A stretch of DNA of 64,000 bases from an uncultured Actinomycetes bacterium (GCA_963769985.1 CAVYNR010000007.1:6762-70761), one strand, 5' to 3'. Counted from the stretch's first letter, positions 22,277-33,961 are shown. Translations and numbers: made by a program. The notes: a model not told the origin generated them from the sequence alone.

Positions 22277-23569
22277 TCACGTGTCGTCTCCGGGCAATCG
22301 ACAGGCCATGGCCGCCGCCGGATCGGCCAGAACCGCCGTGTTTAACCGACGCATTCCCACCGCCAAGAACAGCGCGGCAATAACGCCAAGGAGCATCGCC
22401 ATCTTCGACAGCGGACGGCCGTCGACTGTCGCCGCCGTGGGCACGAGACGGTCGGCGCGCCGCCGCCGCCGATATCGGTGCCGGTCCCGAGGCCGGTGCC
22501 GAGGTCGCCGAAGTCGCTCGTGAGGCCGGAGTCGCCGAGGAAGTCCCCGCCCAGCACCCAGGTCACCGCCGACGTCGATCGAGGTGAAGTCTTCCAGTCC
22601 GCTGCCAACCGAGGCCACCGACGCGGCGCGGGCACCGCCGAGCGACGTAGCCAAGGGTGTAGCCCTGCTGGGTCACGGTGATCACGACCGAACTGCGCCG
22701 TTTCGACGGCCTGGGCGCCGGTGATCTCCTCGTGGCTGGCCCGACCGTGACCTTGATGCCGGCGGCGGCCAGTGCAGCTTGGTGAGCTGGTTGACGATCG
22801 CGTCGATCGGTTGATTGGTCGACGCCGAAGTGCAGGCCGGTCTCGTCGATGGTGACGCCCATGCCATGACGGTCGCGCCGGTAATGACGGTCTTGGCCGA
22901 CCCCGAACCGGTGATGCCGTCGCTCTTGGCCGTGGCCGTGCTGACGATCTGGTCGATCTTCAGCACACCGCCGATGTTGAGGTTGTGGATGACGCTGCGC
23001 GCAGTGGATGTGGCACCGCTGTCGGTGGCCACGGCGCGGCTGGTGGTCGACGCGGCACCGAACACGCCCGGCAGGCCCCGGAGTCCTTGCGCGGCGGCTT
23101 CAGCTTCAGCTGAGGTGGTCGTCGGCGCGCGAACGCATCGTGAGCCCCGGTGCTTCGAACACGGTGGTGGGCGGGTCCTGGCCGGTGCGCGCCTCGGCCC
23201 GCACCGGGTAGATGAGAAGTGCCGCGACTTCCGGCGGGAAGCCCGGGACCAGGATCCCGAGAGCGAGCCGCCGTTGGCGATGATGGCGCCGGGCCACGCC
23301 GCGCTCGCCAGGCCGTAGCCCGTGCCTGACTGCATGATCACGCTCGCCTGCGGGATGTTCAGCTCGGGCTGGACCTGTTGATCCGGAATCAGCGTGAAGA
23401 TCTGGAGGCCCCGGGCGTCGGCGGACATGTCGTAGCCAAGCAACTCATCGGCGCCAGCAGGATGCACGAAGGCGGCGACGCTCGCACCGGCCGCTACCAG
23501 CCCAGCCAGCAAGCACACAACCGCGCTGCGCGGCCACGCGACCTCATTGCACGGGCTCCATATCGTCAT
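22277..23569 (-). CDS. hypothetical exported protein with C-terminal membrane anchor, several frameshifts
   Basis: Signal-like N-terminus AVVCLLAGLVAAGASVAAFVHPAGA. Thr/Ser/Gly/Ala-rich body across ORFs 22682..23569, 23106..23297, 22563..22862. C-terminal hydrophobic MAMLLGVIAALFLAVGM (ORF 22277..22654). I recognise no family. An alternative ATG at 23547 overlaps the LivG stop. Confidence 0.45.
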
Positions 23570-24315
23570 CCAACTCGATCTCGAACGGACCCTTCGACGT
23601 GTCGATGCCGAGGTATGCGTCCTGCACCGCGCCGTCGGCCTGCACCTGCGCGGGGGTCCCGTGGGCGATCACCTCACCGAAGTCGAGCACGTAGATGTCA
23701 GCGCAGATCCGCATGACCAGTTCCACGTCGTGTTCGACCAACAGAATCGCCATCCCGCTGCTACGCCAGATCCTTGAGTAAATCGCCCAGCGCCAGCGTC
23801 TCCTCCGGGTTTAGGCCCGACCCAGGCTCGTCGAGCAGCAACAGCTTCGGACGGATGGCCAGCGCGCGACCGAGCTCGACGAGGCGGGCGAGACCGGTCG
23901 GCATCGAGTCGACCGGTTCGTCGGCAACCGCGCGCGAGCCCGACGATGTCGAGGATCTCGTTGGCGACCGCGTGCGCGTCCTCGGTGGTCGAATCCAGCC
24001 GTTGCGGATCTCGGCGCCGACGAGAATGTTCTCGCGCGCCGTCAGCGACCCGAACACCTCGAGCCGCTGGAACGTCCGCGCCACGTGCCGGCGCGCGCGT
24101 ACGTGCGGCTTGAGCTTCGTCACGTCTTCGCCGTCGATGAAGACCTTGCCGACCGACGGAGTCTGCAGGCCGGTGATCACGTTGAACAGCGTCGTCTTGC
24201 CCGCGCCGTTGGGACCGATGAGGCCGGTGACCTGCCCGGCGGCCGCGCCGAGCGTCACTTCGCTCAGCGCGGCGAGCACGCCGAACTTCACGTCGATGTC
24301 TTCAACTTCAAGCAC
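23544..24315 (-). CDS. HAAT-family ABC transporter ATP-binding protein (LivG-like), about 2 frameshifts
   Basis: GTG 24315 preceded by GAGGAGG: VLEVEDIDVKFGVLAALSEVTLGAAAGQVTGLIGPNGAGKTTLFN...LLLLDEPGSGLNPEE...MAILLVEHDVELVMRICADIYVLDFGEVIAHGTP. Confidence 0.75.
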
Positions 24316-25329
24316 TGACCACCTCCTCGCGCGGAGCGGCACCGTTGAGGTTGACCTCGGCCGCGGGCGGTGGATTCGGTTTCGATCGACGGGTGAGGGC
24401 GGCGCGCGCCTTGTCGAGGTTCGGGACGAGATCGCTGCGTCCAACCGTTGGGGTTGCGCCCGAGGGCGATGGCACCGAAACCCGCGCCGAGGAACGAGAG
24501 GCTCGGGATGCTCGGCAGCGCCCGCTGGATCTTCGGGAACAGCCCGAAGGTGAGACCGCCCATCAGCGCGCCGCGTCACGGTGTTGATGCCGGCGACCGA
24601 CACGAGCAGCAGCAGCACGAGGCTCTGCAGCATCTCGAAGTCGTTGAGCCCGACCTGGCCGCGCAGGCCGCCGTAGAACGCGCCGGCGAGTCCCGCCATG
24701 GCGGACGAGAGCGAGAACACGATGAGCTTGGTGGCGGTGAGGTTGAGGCCGAGCGTGGCGCACGCGGCGGGGCTCTCGCGCATCGCGACGAGCCGGCGGC
24801 CGAACGCACCGCGTCGCAGCGCCAGTACGCCGATGCCGCACAACGCGAACGTGACGCACACCAACATGAAGAACGCCTTGTCGCCGCGGAACGACACGCC
24901 CAGCACTTCGGGCCGACCCGACCTCGAGCCGGCCGCCGTAGCCGAAGACGTTTTGGTTCTTGAAGAAGAGCGCGCTCATGCCCTGCGCGAACGCCAGCGT
25001 GCTCAACGCGAGGTACAGGCCTTGCAGCCGGATGGCGGGCAACGCGGCGAAGCGCGCCGGCGAATCCGGCGAGCGCGGCGGCGGCGACGAAGCCGAGGAT
25101 CGAGTCGCCGCCGAAGAACTTGCCCATGGCGAACGCGCCGATGCCGACGAAGGTCATCTGCGCGAGCGACACCTGGCCGGCGTAACCCGTCAGCAGCACC
25201 AGCGACAGCATGATGAGCCCGAACACGACGCCTTGGCCGAGCGTGAACAGGTCGTCGGGCGACAGCACGACCGCCAGGACCGCCGGCGACGACCAGGAAC
25301 GCCGCGCCCGGCAACAGCGACTCGCGCAT
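24308..25329 (-). CDS. HAAT-family ABC permease (LivM-like), several frameshifts; boundaries approximate
   Basis: Hydrophobic pieces in three frames: GLIMLSLVLLTGYAGQVSLAQMTFVGIGAF, LPAIRLQGLYLALSTLAFAQ, ATLGLNLTATKLIVFSLSSAMAGLAGAFYG. Confidence 0.6.
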
Positions 25330-26250
25330 GCGACGCGACGCGCGGCGCGCGATGCGTGGCCACGACGCGCCCGACGCGCAGGCGCGCCTGGGGCAGGACG
25401 AGCAGCACCGCGTACAGGAAGATGATCGGCAGCGCCGGCTTGACGATGTTGAGGATGTTCGCTGGGCAGGTTGCCGATCGTGTGCGCCTCGGCGAGGCCG
25501 AGCGCGAGGCCACCGACGAACGTGAGCGGCAGGCTCCGCAGGCGGCCGACCATCGCCGCCGCGTAACCGTTGATGACGAGCAGCGTCAGCAGGATGATGT
25601 CGAGCGACACGAGCGGCGCCAGCAGGATGCCGGCGAGACCGGCCAGCGACGCGCCGAGCGCCCAGCTCACCGCGGCGACGCGGTCGGGCGCGGCGCCGTT
25701 GAGCGAGGCCAACTCGGGGTCGTCGACCACGGCGCGCATGGCGGTGCCGATGCGGGTGCGGAACAGGAACAAGCCGCAGGAAGACGGCGACGAGCACCGC
25801 CACGCTGATCATCGTGAGCTGGTGGTAGCTGACGAAGATGCTGAACACCTTCACGCTGTTGCCCGGCGAAGAACTCGGGCAGCGAGCGCGGTTCGCCCGG
25901 GTCCCACAAGATCGTGGCGACGCCGATGCAGCGACAGCAGCAGCCCGAGCGTGATCACGAGCGTCGTGCTGATCGACGCGCCGTAGAGCCGGCGCATCAA
26001 CGTGCGCTGGATGAGCGCGCCGAGCAGCGGCGCGATCATGCCGAGCACGACGACGAGCGCCAGCCACTGCGGCCAGCCGTTCTGCACGGTGAGCTGCCAG
26101 TACGTGAAGGCCATCAGCATGCCGATGGCGCCGTGGGCGAAGTTGAAGATGCCCGACGTCGTGTAGGTGACGACGAGCCCGCTGGCCGTGAGCGCGTAGA
26201 TGCAGCCGGTGGCGATACCGATGACGCTGTACGCCAGGAACGACGGTCAC
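25326..26250 (-). CDS. HAAT-family ABC permease (LivH-like), several frameshifts; 3' boundary approximate
   Basis: GTG 26250, then GIATGCIYALTASGLVVTYTTSGIFNFAHGAIGMLMAF and MRAVVDDPELASLNGAAPDRVAAVSWALGASLAGLAGILLAP in alternating frames. Confidence 0.6.
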
Positions 26251-26253
26251 GTG

Positions 26254-27734
26254 CTAGCCGAAGAACCAGGGGCCGTCGTCGCAGCGGAAGCCCGACGTCG
26301 GCGAGTCGAAGCGCACGTACTTGCCGCCGACGACCTTGGCGAGGATGAAGCACGGCGCCGGCTGCTTCGCCCGGGGTTCGACGGCGCGAACAAGCCGTAG
26401 CTCGTCGAACGGTCCCGATCTTGCGGATCTCGGCGTTGATCGCGGCGCGCGTCGGCTTGGGACCGACCTGTCTCCATCGCCTCGAACAGCAACCGGCCCG
26501 ACGCCCACGCGTAGGCGGCGAAGATGTCGGGTTTGAAGCCGGGCTTGACGTTCTGGATCCACTTGTTCATCAGCGCGACTTCCGGGACGACGCGCCGAGT
26601 CTTCGCCGCCGTAAAGCGCGGTCGAGGCGGTGACGAACATGCCCTCGGCGGCGTCGCCGGCCAGCGCGAGCACGTCGGCGTCGTAGCCCGAGCCGTTCGA
26701 CGATGAACAGCGTCGGGCTTGAAGCCTTGGGACTTCATCGCCTTGGCGAAGCGCGCCGCCGATCTTGTCGTCGACCGAGGTCAGGTAGACCATCTTCACG
26801 CCGCTGTCGCGCATGCGCACGACGTCGGACGTGAAGTCGGTCTCGGTCGCGCCGATGGCGCGTTCGTAGATGTACTTGTAGCCGACTGACTCGGCCGCCC
26901 GCTTGTAGCCGTGGTGCAGCGCTGGCCGCCGACGGGATGTCGGAGTAGATGCTGCCGACGGCCTTGATGGCCGTCGGGGTTACTTCTCCTTGAAGTAGTT
27001 GAACGGTCCGAGCGGGCCGCCGGTCACCGACGGCTGGATCGAGAAGTTGTTCGGGATCTTCGAGACGTGCCGACGCCGAGCGCGTGGCTCATGTCGGGAA
27101 TGTTCGCCGCTTTGATCTGCTCGGCGGCGGCGTCGTCGTAGAGCGAGAACGAACCGAGCATAGCCGAACGCCTTGCCGATGAGGTCGACGGTCTGCGAGC
27201 GGTTCTGCCCGGTGTCGAACTGGTCGTCGCGCGCGTCGAGCTTGAACTTGCGGCCCCACAGGCCGCCGAGCGAGTTCTCGTAGGCGACCACGGCTTGGGC
27301 GCCGACCGTCGCGCCCGGCGAACAGCCCGGGCACGGGACCGGTCAGCGTGCGACACGTTGCCGAGCGTGATGCGTGGTCGCGGTGACGCCGACGTCGGTC
27401 GCGCCGCCGTTGCCGCCGGCGGGCATTGCGTGCACGTTGGCACCGGCGACGGTGCCCGGCCTCACGCGTGGTGGCGGTCGCCGCCGGTGCCGCCGGTGCC
27501 GGCTCGCCCGGCGCGGCGGTCGAGCCGGCGACGGTGGTGTCGGTGCGTCCGCGGCATCGGTGACCGCCGGTCAGATCAGGCAGTCGTGTCGCTCGTGGAC
27601 GCCGCTGGCCGTATTCGCGCCGGTCGCGCACCGCGGTTCGCTGTTGATCGGTTAGGCGTGCGCCGCATGCGGCTGTCGACCAGGACCAGACCGCCAGCAA
27701 GGATGCTGATCAATCGAAGCTGCTTCGGTCTCAC
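26254..27734 (-). CDS. HAAT-family ABC substrate-binding lipoprotein (LivJ/K-like), many frameshifts
   Basis: VRPKQLRLISILAGGLVLV/STAACGA lipobox-like N-terminus, Thr/Pro/Ala linker, then ITLGNVS, VVAYENSLGGLWGRKFKLDARDDQFD, MRDSGVKMVYLTSVDD, CFILAKVVGGKYVRFDSP. Stop 26254. Confidence 0.6.
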
Positions 27735-27765
27735 TCGTCCCCCCGACCTCGTGGCTGTCGAGAAA

Positions 27766-27782
27766 TCTAACGCACCGTCAGA
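27766..27782. promoter_or_regulatory. palindromic operator candidate TCTAACgcaccGTCAGA (site 3 of 7)
   Basis: Lies in the gap between the ltp2-like stop and the SBP start, that is, at the head of the ABC operon. One core mismatch. A second small inverted repeat, GTGACacacGTCAC, follows at 27788-27801. Confidence 0.5.
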
Positions 27783-27796
27783 TATTGTGACACACG

Positions 27797-28992
27797 TCAC
27801 ACGCAGCTATTCGACCGGCCCAGGATCAGCCCGCTGGTTGGAACCCCGGTGCCCGCGGTGACGAGCACGTGTTCGGCGCCCGGAACCTGGTTGACGCTGG
27901 TGCCCCGCACCTGGCGCACGCCCTCGGCGATGCCGTTCATGCCGTGGATATACGCCTCGCCGAGCTGGCCGCCGTTGGTGTTGATGGGCAGGCCGCCGCC
28001 CAGCTCGATGCCGGCGTCGACGATGAAGTCCTTCGCCTCGCCCCGTCCGCAGAAGCCGAACTCTTCGAGCTGGCACAGCACGAACGGCGTGAAGTGGTCG
28101 TAGAGACCGCCGTCTGGATGTCCGCCGGGCTGACAGTCCCGACGTGCGCCCACAGCTGACGCGCGACCAGGCCCATCTCGGGCAGGCCGGCCATGTCGTC
28201 GCGGTAGTAGCTCGTCATCATCTCCTGGCCCTTCGACGCGCCCTGCGCCGCGGCTGCGATCACCGCCGCGCGGTTGCGGGCAGTCCACGGCGCGCTCGGC
28301 GCTGGTGATGACGAGCGCCTGCGCGCCGTCGCTCTCCTGGCAGCAGTCGAGCAGGTGCAGCGGCTCGACGATCCAGCGCGAGTTCTGGTGGTCCTCGAGC
28401 GTGATCGGCTGGTTGTAGAACCACGCGGCCGGGTTGGTCGACGCGTGGAACCGGTCGGCCACGGCGACGCGACCGAAGTCCTCGCTCGTCGCGCCGAAGG
28501 TGTGCATGTAGCGACGGGCGAACATCGCCACCCACTGCGCCGGCGTGACCAGGCCGTAGGGCGAGTACCACGCGTAGTGCGCGTTCTCGGTGTTGGGCGC
28601 CGGCGGGCGATCCTGCACGCCGGCACCGAAGCGGTTACCCGAGCGCTCGTTGAAGGCGCGGTAACAGACCACCACGTCGCACACGCCGCTGGCGACCGCC
28701 ATCGCCGCTTGCAGCATCGTGCCGCCGCCCGCGCCGCCGCCGTAGTGCACGCGGCTGAACAGCTTGAGGTCGTTCATGCCGAGGTTGCGCGCGACCTCGA
28801 TCTCGGGGTTGTTGTCCATGGTGAACGTGACCATGCCGTCGACTTCGGACGGCGCGATCCCGGCGTCGTCGAGCGCGGCCTTCGCCGCTTCGACGGCGAG
28901 GCGCAGTTCGCTGCGGCCCGAGTCCTTCGAGAACTCGGTGGCGCCGATGCCGGCGATGGCGGTGCGTCCGCCGATGTCGATGCGTCGGTCAT
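27797..28992 (-). CDS. ltp2: SCP-x-type thiolase / steroid side-chain aldolase-lyase (Ltp2-like), about 3 frameshifts
   Basis: AIAGIGATEFSKDSGRSELRLAVEAAKAALDDAG, YRAFNERSGNRFG, LYDHFTPFVLCQLEEFGFCGRGEAKDF, NGGQLGEAYIHGMNGIAEGVRQVRGTSVNQVPGAEHVLVTAGTGVPTSGLILG match my recollection of Rv3540c. Confidence 0.8.
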
Positions 28993-29405
28993 GGCGAGCT
29001 CGATCGGGACGGTCACCGTGACGGTGCCCGGTGACGTGGTCGCCGAGGTCGTTGGCGCCGCGCACGTCGACGGCGACGACGCTGTCGTCGACCGCGGTGA
29101 CGGTGCCCGTCAGGTGCATCGTGTCGCCCGGATAGTTGGGCGCGCCGAGGCGGATCGCGACGCTTCTTGATCACGCGCGCGCGGGCCGGCCCAGTCGGTC
29201 ACGAAGCGGCCGACGAATCCGTTGGTCGCTGAGGATGTTCATGAAGATGTCCTTCGACCCGCGCTCGTGCGCGAGCTCGCGAGTCGTGGTGCACGTCTTG
29301 GTAGTCGCGCGACGCGATCGCGGTGGCCACGATGAGCGTGCGCGTCGAGAGGAATGTCGAGCGGCGGCAGCTCGTCGCCGACCTGCACGTCTTCGGCCAC
29401 GCCAC
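28989..29405 (-). CDS. chsH1: MaoC-like enoyl-CoA hydratase small subunit (ChsH1-like), frameshifted; stop not resolved
   Basis: The ATG at 29405 overlaps the upstream TGA (ATGA): MSGVAEDVQVGDELPPLDIP, then IVATAIASRDYQDVHHD, then GDTMHLTGTVTAVDDSVVAVDVRGANDLGDHVTG in other frames. Confidence 0.6.
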
Positions 29406-30539
29406 TCATCGGTACGCCTCCGCGAGTTCGGCGCCGAGGCGCGCGAGTTGGCGGCTGGCGCCGCCGAGGCGTGTCGGCGATCTGCTTGCCCCACAGGAAG
29501 TAGCGGTGGACCGGGTAGTCGACATCCGCGCCCATGCCGCCGTGCAGGTGCTGCGTCGCGTGCACGACCCGCTCGCCGCCTTCGGCCGCCCACCACTTGG
29601 CGATCGCGACTTCCTTGCGACGCGTCGAGCCCGTGGTCGAGCCGCCACGCCGCCTGCCACAGCGTGACGTCCATGGCGCTCGGTGTCGATGTAGGCGTCG
29701 GCGGCGCGCAGCGACACGCCTTGGAACGTCGACAGCGGCTTGCCGAACTGCATGCGCGGTCCGAGGTGTACTCCGCCGTCAGTCGCAGCGCCTCCTCGGC
29801 CACGCCGAGTTGGATCGCCGCGAGCGCGACGAGCGCCGCGGTCGCGGATCCACGCTGCACGTCGGCGCCGCCGCCGATCTCGCCGACGACGTCGCCCGCG
29901 CGACGATGACCCCGTCGAATAGCACGTGGGCGTGGCTCTGACGGTCGGTCGTGTCGACGCGCTCGCGCTCGACGCCGGGCGCGGCGGGGTCGACAAGGAA
30001 CACCGTCACGGCGCCGTCGGGGTCGTGGCGGGAACGAGCACGCGGTCGGCGACGTGCCCGGCCGGCACCGCCGACTTCGTGCCGTCGATGCGCCACCCGT
30101 CGTCCTCAGGCATGGCGGTGGTGCGCGGCGCGGCCGACGTCGATCGAGCCGGGCTCGTCGAGCGCGGCGGTGAAGACGGCGTCGCCGCTCACGATCGCCG
30201 GCAGCCACTCGGCGCTGCTGCGTCGGCCGAACCGAACTCCGCCAGCGGCAGCGCGCCGAGTCGCATCGTCGCGAGCAACGGGACTGGCGCGAGGCGCCGG
30301 CCCTGCTCCTGCGAGCAACAGGCACAGCTCGACCATGCCGAGGCCGCTGCCGCCGTGCGCTTCGGGCACGGCAGAGACCGAGCAGGTTCGCCTTGGCCAA
30401 CGCGGCCCACAGCGCGTCGTCGATGCGCGTGTCGGTGGCCTCGACGGCCTTGATGCGTTCGACGCTGACCATGCCGTCGAAGATCTGCGCCGCCAGAGTC
30501 GCGCACGGCGAGTTGCTCGTCGGTGAAGGTGAAGTCCAT
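29406..30539 (-). CDS. acyl-CoA dehydrogenase, beta-type subunit (FadE28/FadE27-like), several frameshifts
   Basis: MDFTFTDEQLAVRDS, ANLLGL/SVPEAHGGSGLGMVELCLL, RMQFGKPLSTFQGVSLRAADAYIDTEAMDVTLWQAAWRL, HLHGGMGADVDYPVHRYFLWGKQIADTLGGASRQLARLG. Confidence 0.7.
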
Positions 30540-31470
30540 TAGCGCGCGCCCCCTTGCGGGACGGAACTGCGGCAGCGTGAGGTCGTCGTCGAACGCGACC
30601 ATCTCCGCCTCGACGGCCATGCCGATCGCCACGTCGGCGGGTTCGACGTCGATCAGGTTCGACACCAGCCGCGTGCCCTCTTCGAGCTCGATCACGGCGA
30701 CGATCAGCGGGTAGTCGAACGCCGGCACCTGCGGGTAGTGGTTGACGACGTAGCTGTAGACGGTGCCGCGGCCGCTGGCCTCGATCGTGTCCCACTCGAG
30801 CGAGTGACACGTCGGGCACATCGGCCCGGGCGGGTGGCGCAACGTGCCGCACGACGCGCAGCGCTGGATCAGCAGCTGGCCGTTCTTCGCGCCCTCGAAC
30901 CAGAAGGCGTTGTCGTGCGTGATCGACGGGCGCGGACGCTGCGGCCGCGCCGCCGCCTTGGGCACCGGCGCGAACTTGAGGATGCGGAACCGCATCGTGC
31001 CGACGAGTTCGCCGCGCCTCGTCGCGGTAACTCCTGCCGGGTCGTGACGAAGTGACCGACGCCGAGGCCGGTCGTCTTCTCTTCGCGAGACCGACTCGAT
31101 GGTGACGGTCGTGGTGATGCGATCACCGGGCTGGAGGTAGCGCACGTACTCCTGGTCGCAGTTGGTCGCGACGACCGACGTGAAGCCCGGCGCTGTCGAG
31201 CAGACGAAGCAGTTCGTCCTGCACGGTGGCGCCGCGTGCGGCCGCCGAGGCCGCGCATCGACCACGCCTGCAGCATCGTGGGCGGCGCCACGATGCCGGC
31301 GTGGCCGTCGGCGCGTGCCGCTTCGTCGTCGACGTAGATCGGGTTGTGGTCGCCGATGGCGTCGCACCAGTGGCGGATCATCGCCTCGTTGACGGCGTCG
31401 AGCGCCACGCGTCGGCGGGCCGATGACGCGGCCTTCGTACGCCGTGCAGCTGCTCGAGGAAGTCGCTCAC
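30539..31470 (-). CDS. chsH2: MaoC-like hydratase fused to DUF35 OB-fold/zinc-ribbon domain (ChsH2-like), several frameshifts
   Basis: VSDFLEQL..., AVNEAMIRHWCDAIGDHNPIYVDDEAA, then the DUF35 part NAFWFEGAKNGQLLIQRCASCGTLRHPPGPMCPTCHSLEWDTIEASGRGTVYSYVV. The track ORF reads through into the next gene; a TAA overlapping the ATG (TAATG) is reachable with a 1-nt change in a G5 run. Confidence 0.7.
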
Positions 31471-31472
31471 GC

Positions 31473-32658
31473 CTACCGCGCCTGCCTGGCCATGCCGAGG
31501 CCGACCGCTCGCCACGATCTCGCGCTGCACTTCGTTGACGCCGCCGCCGAACGTGTTGATCTGCGCCGAGCGCCCCGCCTTTTCGAGTTCGCCGGCGAGC
31601 ACGGCGCCGGGCGAGCCGGCGACGCAGGTAACCGGCCGCGCCGACGATGCCGAGCAGCACGCGGTACACCTCGACCGCGGTCTCGGTGCCGTAGACCTTC
31701 ACGGCGGACGAGTCGCCCGGGCTGAGCGTCCCGTCGGCGACCGCGGCGGCCATGCGCCAGTTCAGCAGCCTCATCGCTTCGAGCCTTGGCGTAGGTGCGG
31801 GCCAAGTCGAGCTGCACCCAGGGCACGTCGATCATGCGCTGGTCCGGCGCCGCTTCGGCGGTCGACGCCCAGCGCGCCACGTCGTCCCACAGGCGATGCG
31901 CCAGCCCGCCGAGCGCGGCGAGCCCGACGCGTTCGTGGTTTAGCTGCGTGGTGATCATCCGCCAGCCGGCGTTCTCTTCGCCGACGCGGTTGGCGACCGG
32001 CACGCGCACGTCGGCGTAGTAGGTCGCCGTGGTCTTGGTGCCGCCAACGGTCATGATCGGCGTGGCAGCTGAACCCGGGCGACGAGGTCGGCACGAGCAG
32101 GATCGAGATGCCGCGGTGCTTGGGCGCTTCGGTGTCGGTGCGACACGCCAGCCAGATGTAGTCGGCCTGGTCGGCGCCGCTGGTGAACACCTTGTTGCCG
32201 TTGATGACGTACTCGTCGCCGTCGCGCACGGCGCGCGTCTTGCAGCGACGCCAGGTCGGTGCCGGCGTCGGGCTCGGTGTAGCCGATGGCGAAGTTGATC
32301 TCGCCGCGCGACGATGCCGGGCAGGAACTCCTTCTTCTGCTCGTCGGAGCCGAACGCCATCAGCGTCGGGCCGACGGTGTTGAGCGTGACGAACGGGAAC
32401 GGCGCGGCGGCGCGCTGCACCTCGTCGAAGAAGATGAACTGGTCGGTCGCCGGCCGGCCCTGCCCGCCGAACTCCTTGGGCCACCCGACGCCGAGCCAGC
32501 CGTCGCTGCCCATCTGCCGCACGAGGCGGCGGAAGACCGGCCCGCCCTCGGGGTCGGCGGCGAGTTCGGCGCGCACGTCGGGGCGCAGGAGCTTGCGCGA
32601 AGTAGGCGCGCAGCTCGTCGCGAAGCGCGCGCTGCTCGGCGGTTTCTTCGAGGTGCAC
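31473..32658 (-). CDS. fadE29: acyl-CoA dehydrogenase, alpha-type subunit (FadE29-like), several frameshifts
   Basis: VHLEETAEQRALRDELRAYFA, LGVGWPKEFGGQGRPATDQFIFFDE, AVRDGDEYVINGNKVFTSGADQADYIWLACRTD, INTFGGGVNEVQREIVA. Confidence 0.7.
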
Positions 32659-32660
32659 GA

Positions 32661-33866
32661 CTAGTTCTTTACTAACTCGCGGAAGGGCATGTATTTGTCG
32701 GGCCGCGGTTCGGGCGGTAGACCCAGCACCCGCTCGCCCACCACGTTGCGCTGGACCTCGTCGGTGCCACCGCCAATGCGCGTGGCCCACTGCGTCAGGA
32801 ACTGCTGCTGCCACAGCCCTTCGTCGGGCGCGTCGGCTCCGGACAACATGCCGGCCGCGCCTTCAACGTCGACGCCTAGGTTGCCGTTGCGCTCGACGTG
32901 ACGCGAATACAGCAGCTTGAGGATCGACGCTTCCGCTCCGGGCATCCGCCCTTGTGCGAGCGCCGTCTGCACGCGGTAACCGATGAAGCGCAGCACCTCG
33001 AAACTCGTGAACACGTCGGCCAACTCCTGGCGCACGAGCGGGTCGTTGGTGCGACCGGACTTGCGGACGCGGTCGACGATGTCGCCGAACCCGATGCCGC
33101 CGGCGCCGCCGCCGATGAAGTTGCGTTCGCTGGCCAAGGTGGTGATCGCCACACCCCACCCGCCGTTGACTTCGCCGATCACGTTGCTCGTCGGAATGCG
33201 CACGTCGGTGAGGAACACCTCGTTGAAGTGGGCGACGCCGTTGATCTGGCGGAGCGGGCGCACCTCGATGCCGGGACTGCGCATGTCGAGCACGAAGTAC
33301 GTGAGGCCGTGGTGCTTGGGCTGGTCGAAGTCGGTACGCGCCAGCAGGATGGCCCAGTCGCTGTGCTGCGCGCCGGATGTCCACACCTTCTGCCCATTCA
33401 CCACGAACTCGTCGCCGTCGAGCTCGGCCTTCGTCGAGAGGCCGGCGAGGTCGGAGCCGGCGCCGGGCTCGCTGAAGAGTTGGCACCACACCTCGTCGCC
33501 GCGCAGCAGCGGCGGCAGGTAGCGGTTCTTCTGTTCGTCGGTCCCGTGGGCGATCAACGTTGGGCCCGCCATGCCCATGCCGACGGCGAAGAGTCCCGTC
33601 GACACGTCGAAGGCGGACTGCTCCTCGTTGAACAGCGACTGCTCACGACTACTGCCGCCGCGGCCTCCGTATTCGACGGGCCACGCGATCGCCGCCCACC
33701 CGGCATCGGCGAGCGTTGCTTGCCACTGCTTGCACCGCGCGACGTGCTCGGGGTCGTCGGCCGCGGCCCGGGCCGTCACCGCGCCGCGCAATGGCGCGTT
33801 TTCTTTCAACCAGGCGAGAGCCTCCCCGCGAAACGCGACGTCCTGGGGGCTCTCGTCGAAATCCAT
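32661..33866 (-). CDS. acyl-CoA dehydrogenase
   Basis: Intact 401-aa ORF with CQLFSEPGAGSDLAGLSTKAELDGDEFVVNGQKVWTSGA and GGGTDEVQRNVVGERVLGLP. Confidence 0.85.
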   Translation of the reverse strand: MDFDESPQDVAFRGEALAWLKENAPLRGAVTARAAADDPEHVARCKQWQATLADAGWAAIAWPVEYGGRGGSSREQSLFNEEQSAFDVSTGLFAVGMGMAGPTLIAHGTDEQKNRYLPPLLRGDEVWCQLFSEPGAGSDLAGLSTKAELDGDEFVVNGQKVWTSGAQHSDWAILLARTDFDQPKHHGLTYFVLDMRSPGIEVRPLRQINGVAHFNEVFLTDVRIPTSNVIGEVNGGWGVAITTLASERNFIGGGAGGIGFGDIVDRVRKSGRTNDPLVRQELADVFTSFEVLRFIGYRVQTALAQGRMPGAEASILKLLYSRHVERNGNLGVDVEGAAGMLSGADAPDEGLWQQQFLTQWATRIGGGTDEVQRNVVGERVLGLPPEPRPDKYMPFRELVKN

Positions 33867-33961
33867 TACTTACCCGGGCGGGCGCCCGCAGGCCCGCCCT
33901 CCTCCCAAGCATGGGGCCCCTCGCTCCGCTCGCCCCATGCGGGCCGTCCATACGGCAACAG

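Noticed and set aside
27553-27570. GTGACcgccgGTCAGA, an eighth near-match to the palindrome
   Set aside because: It lies inside the SBP coding region, the left arm starts with G not C, and there is no A/T flank. It is probably chance.
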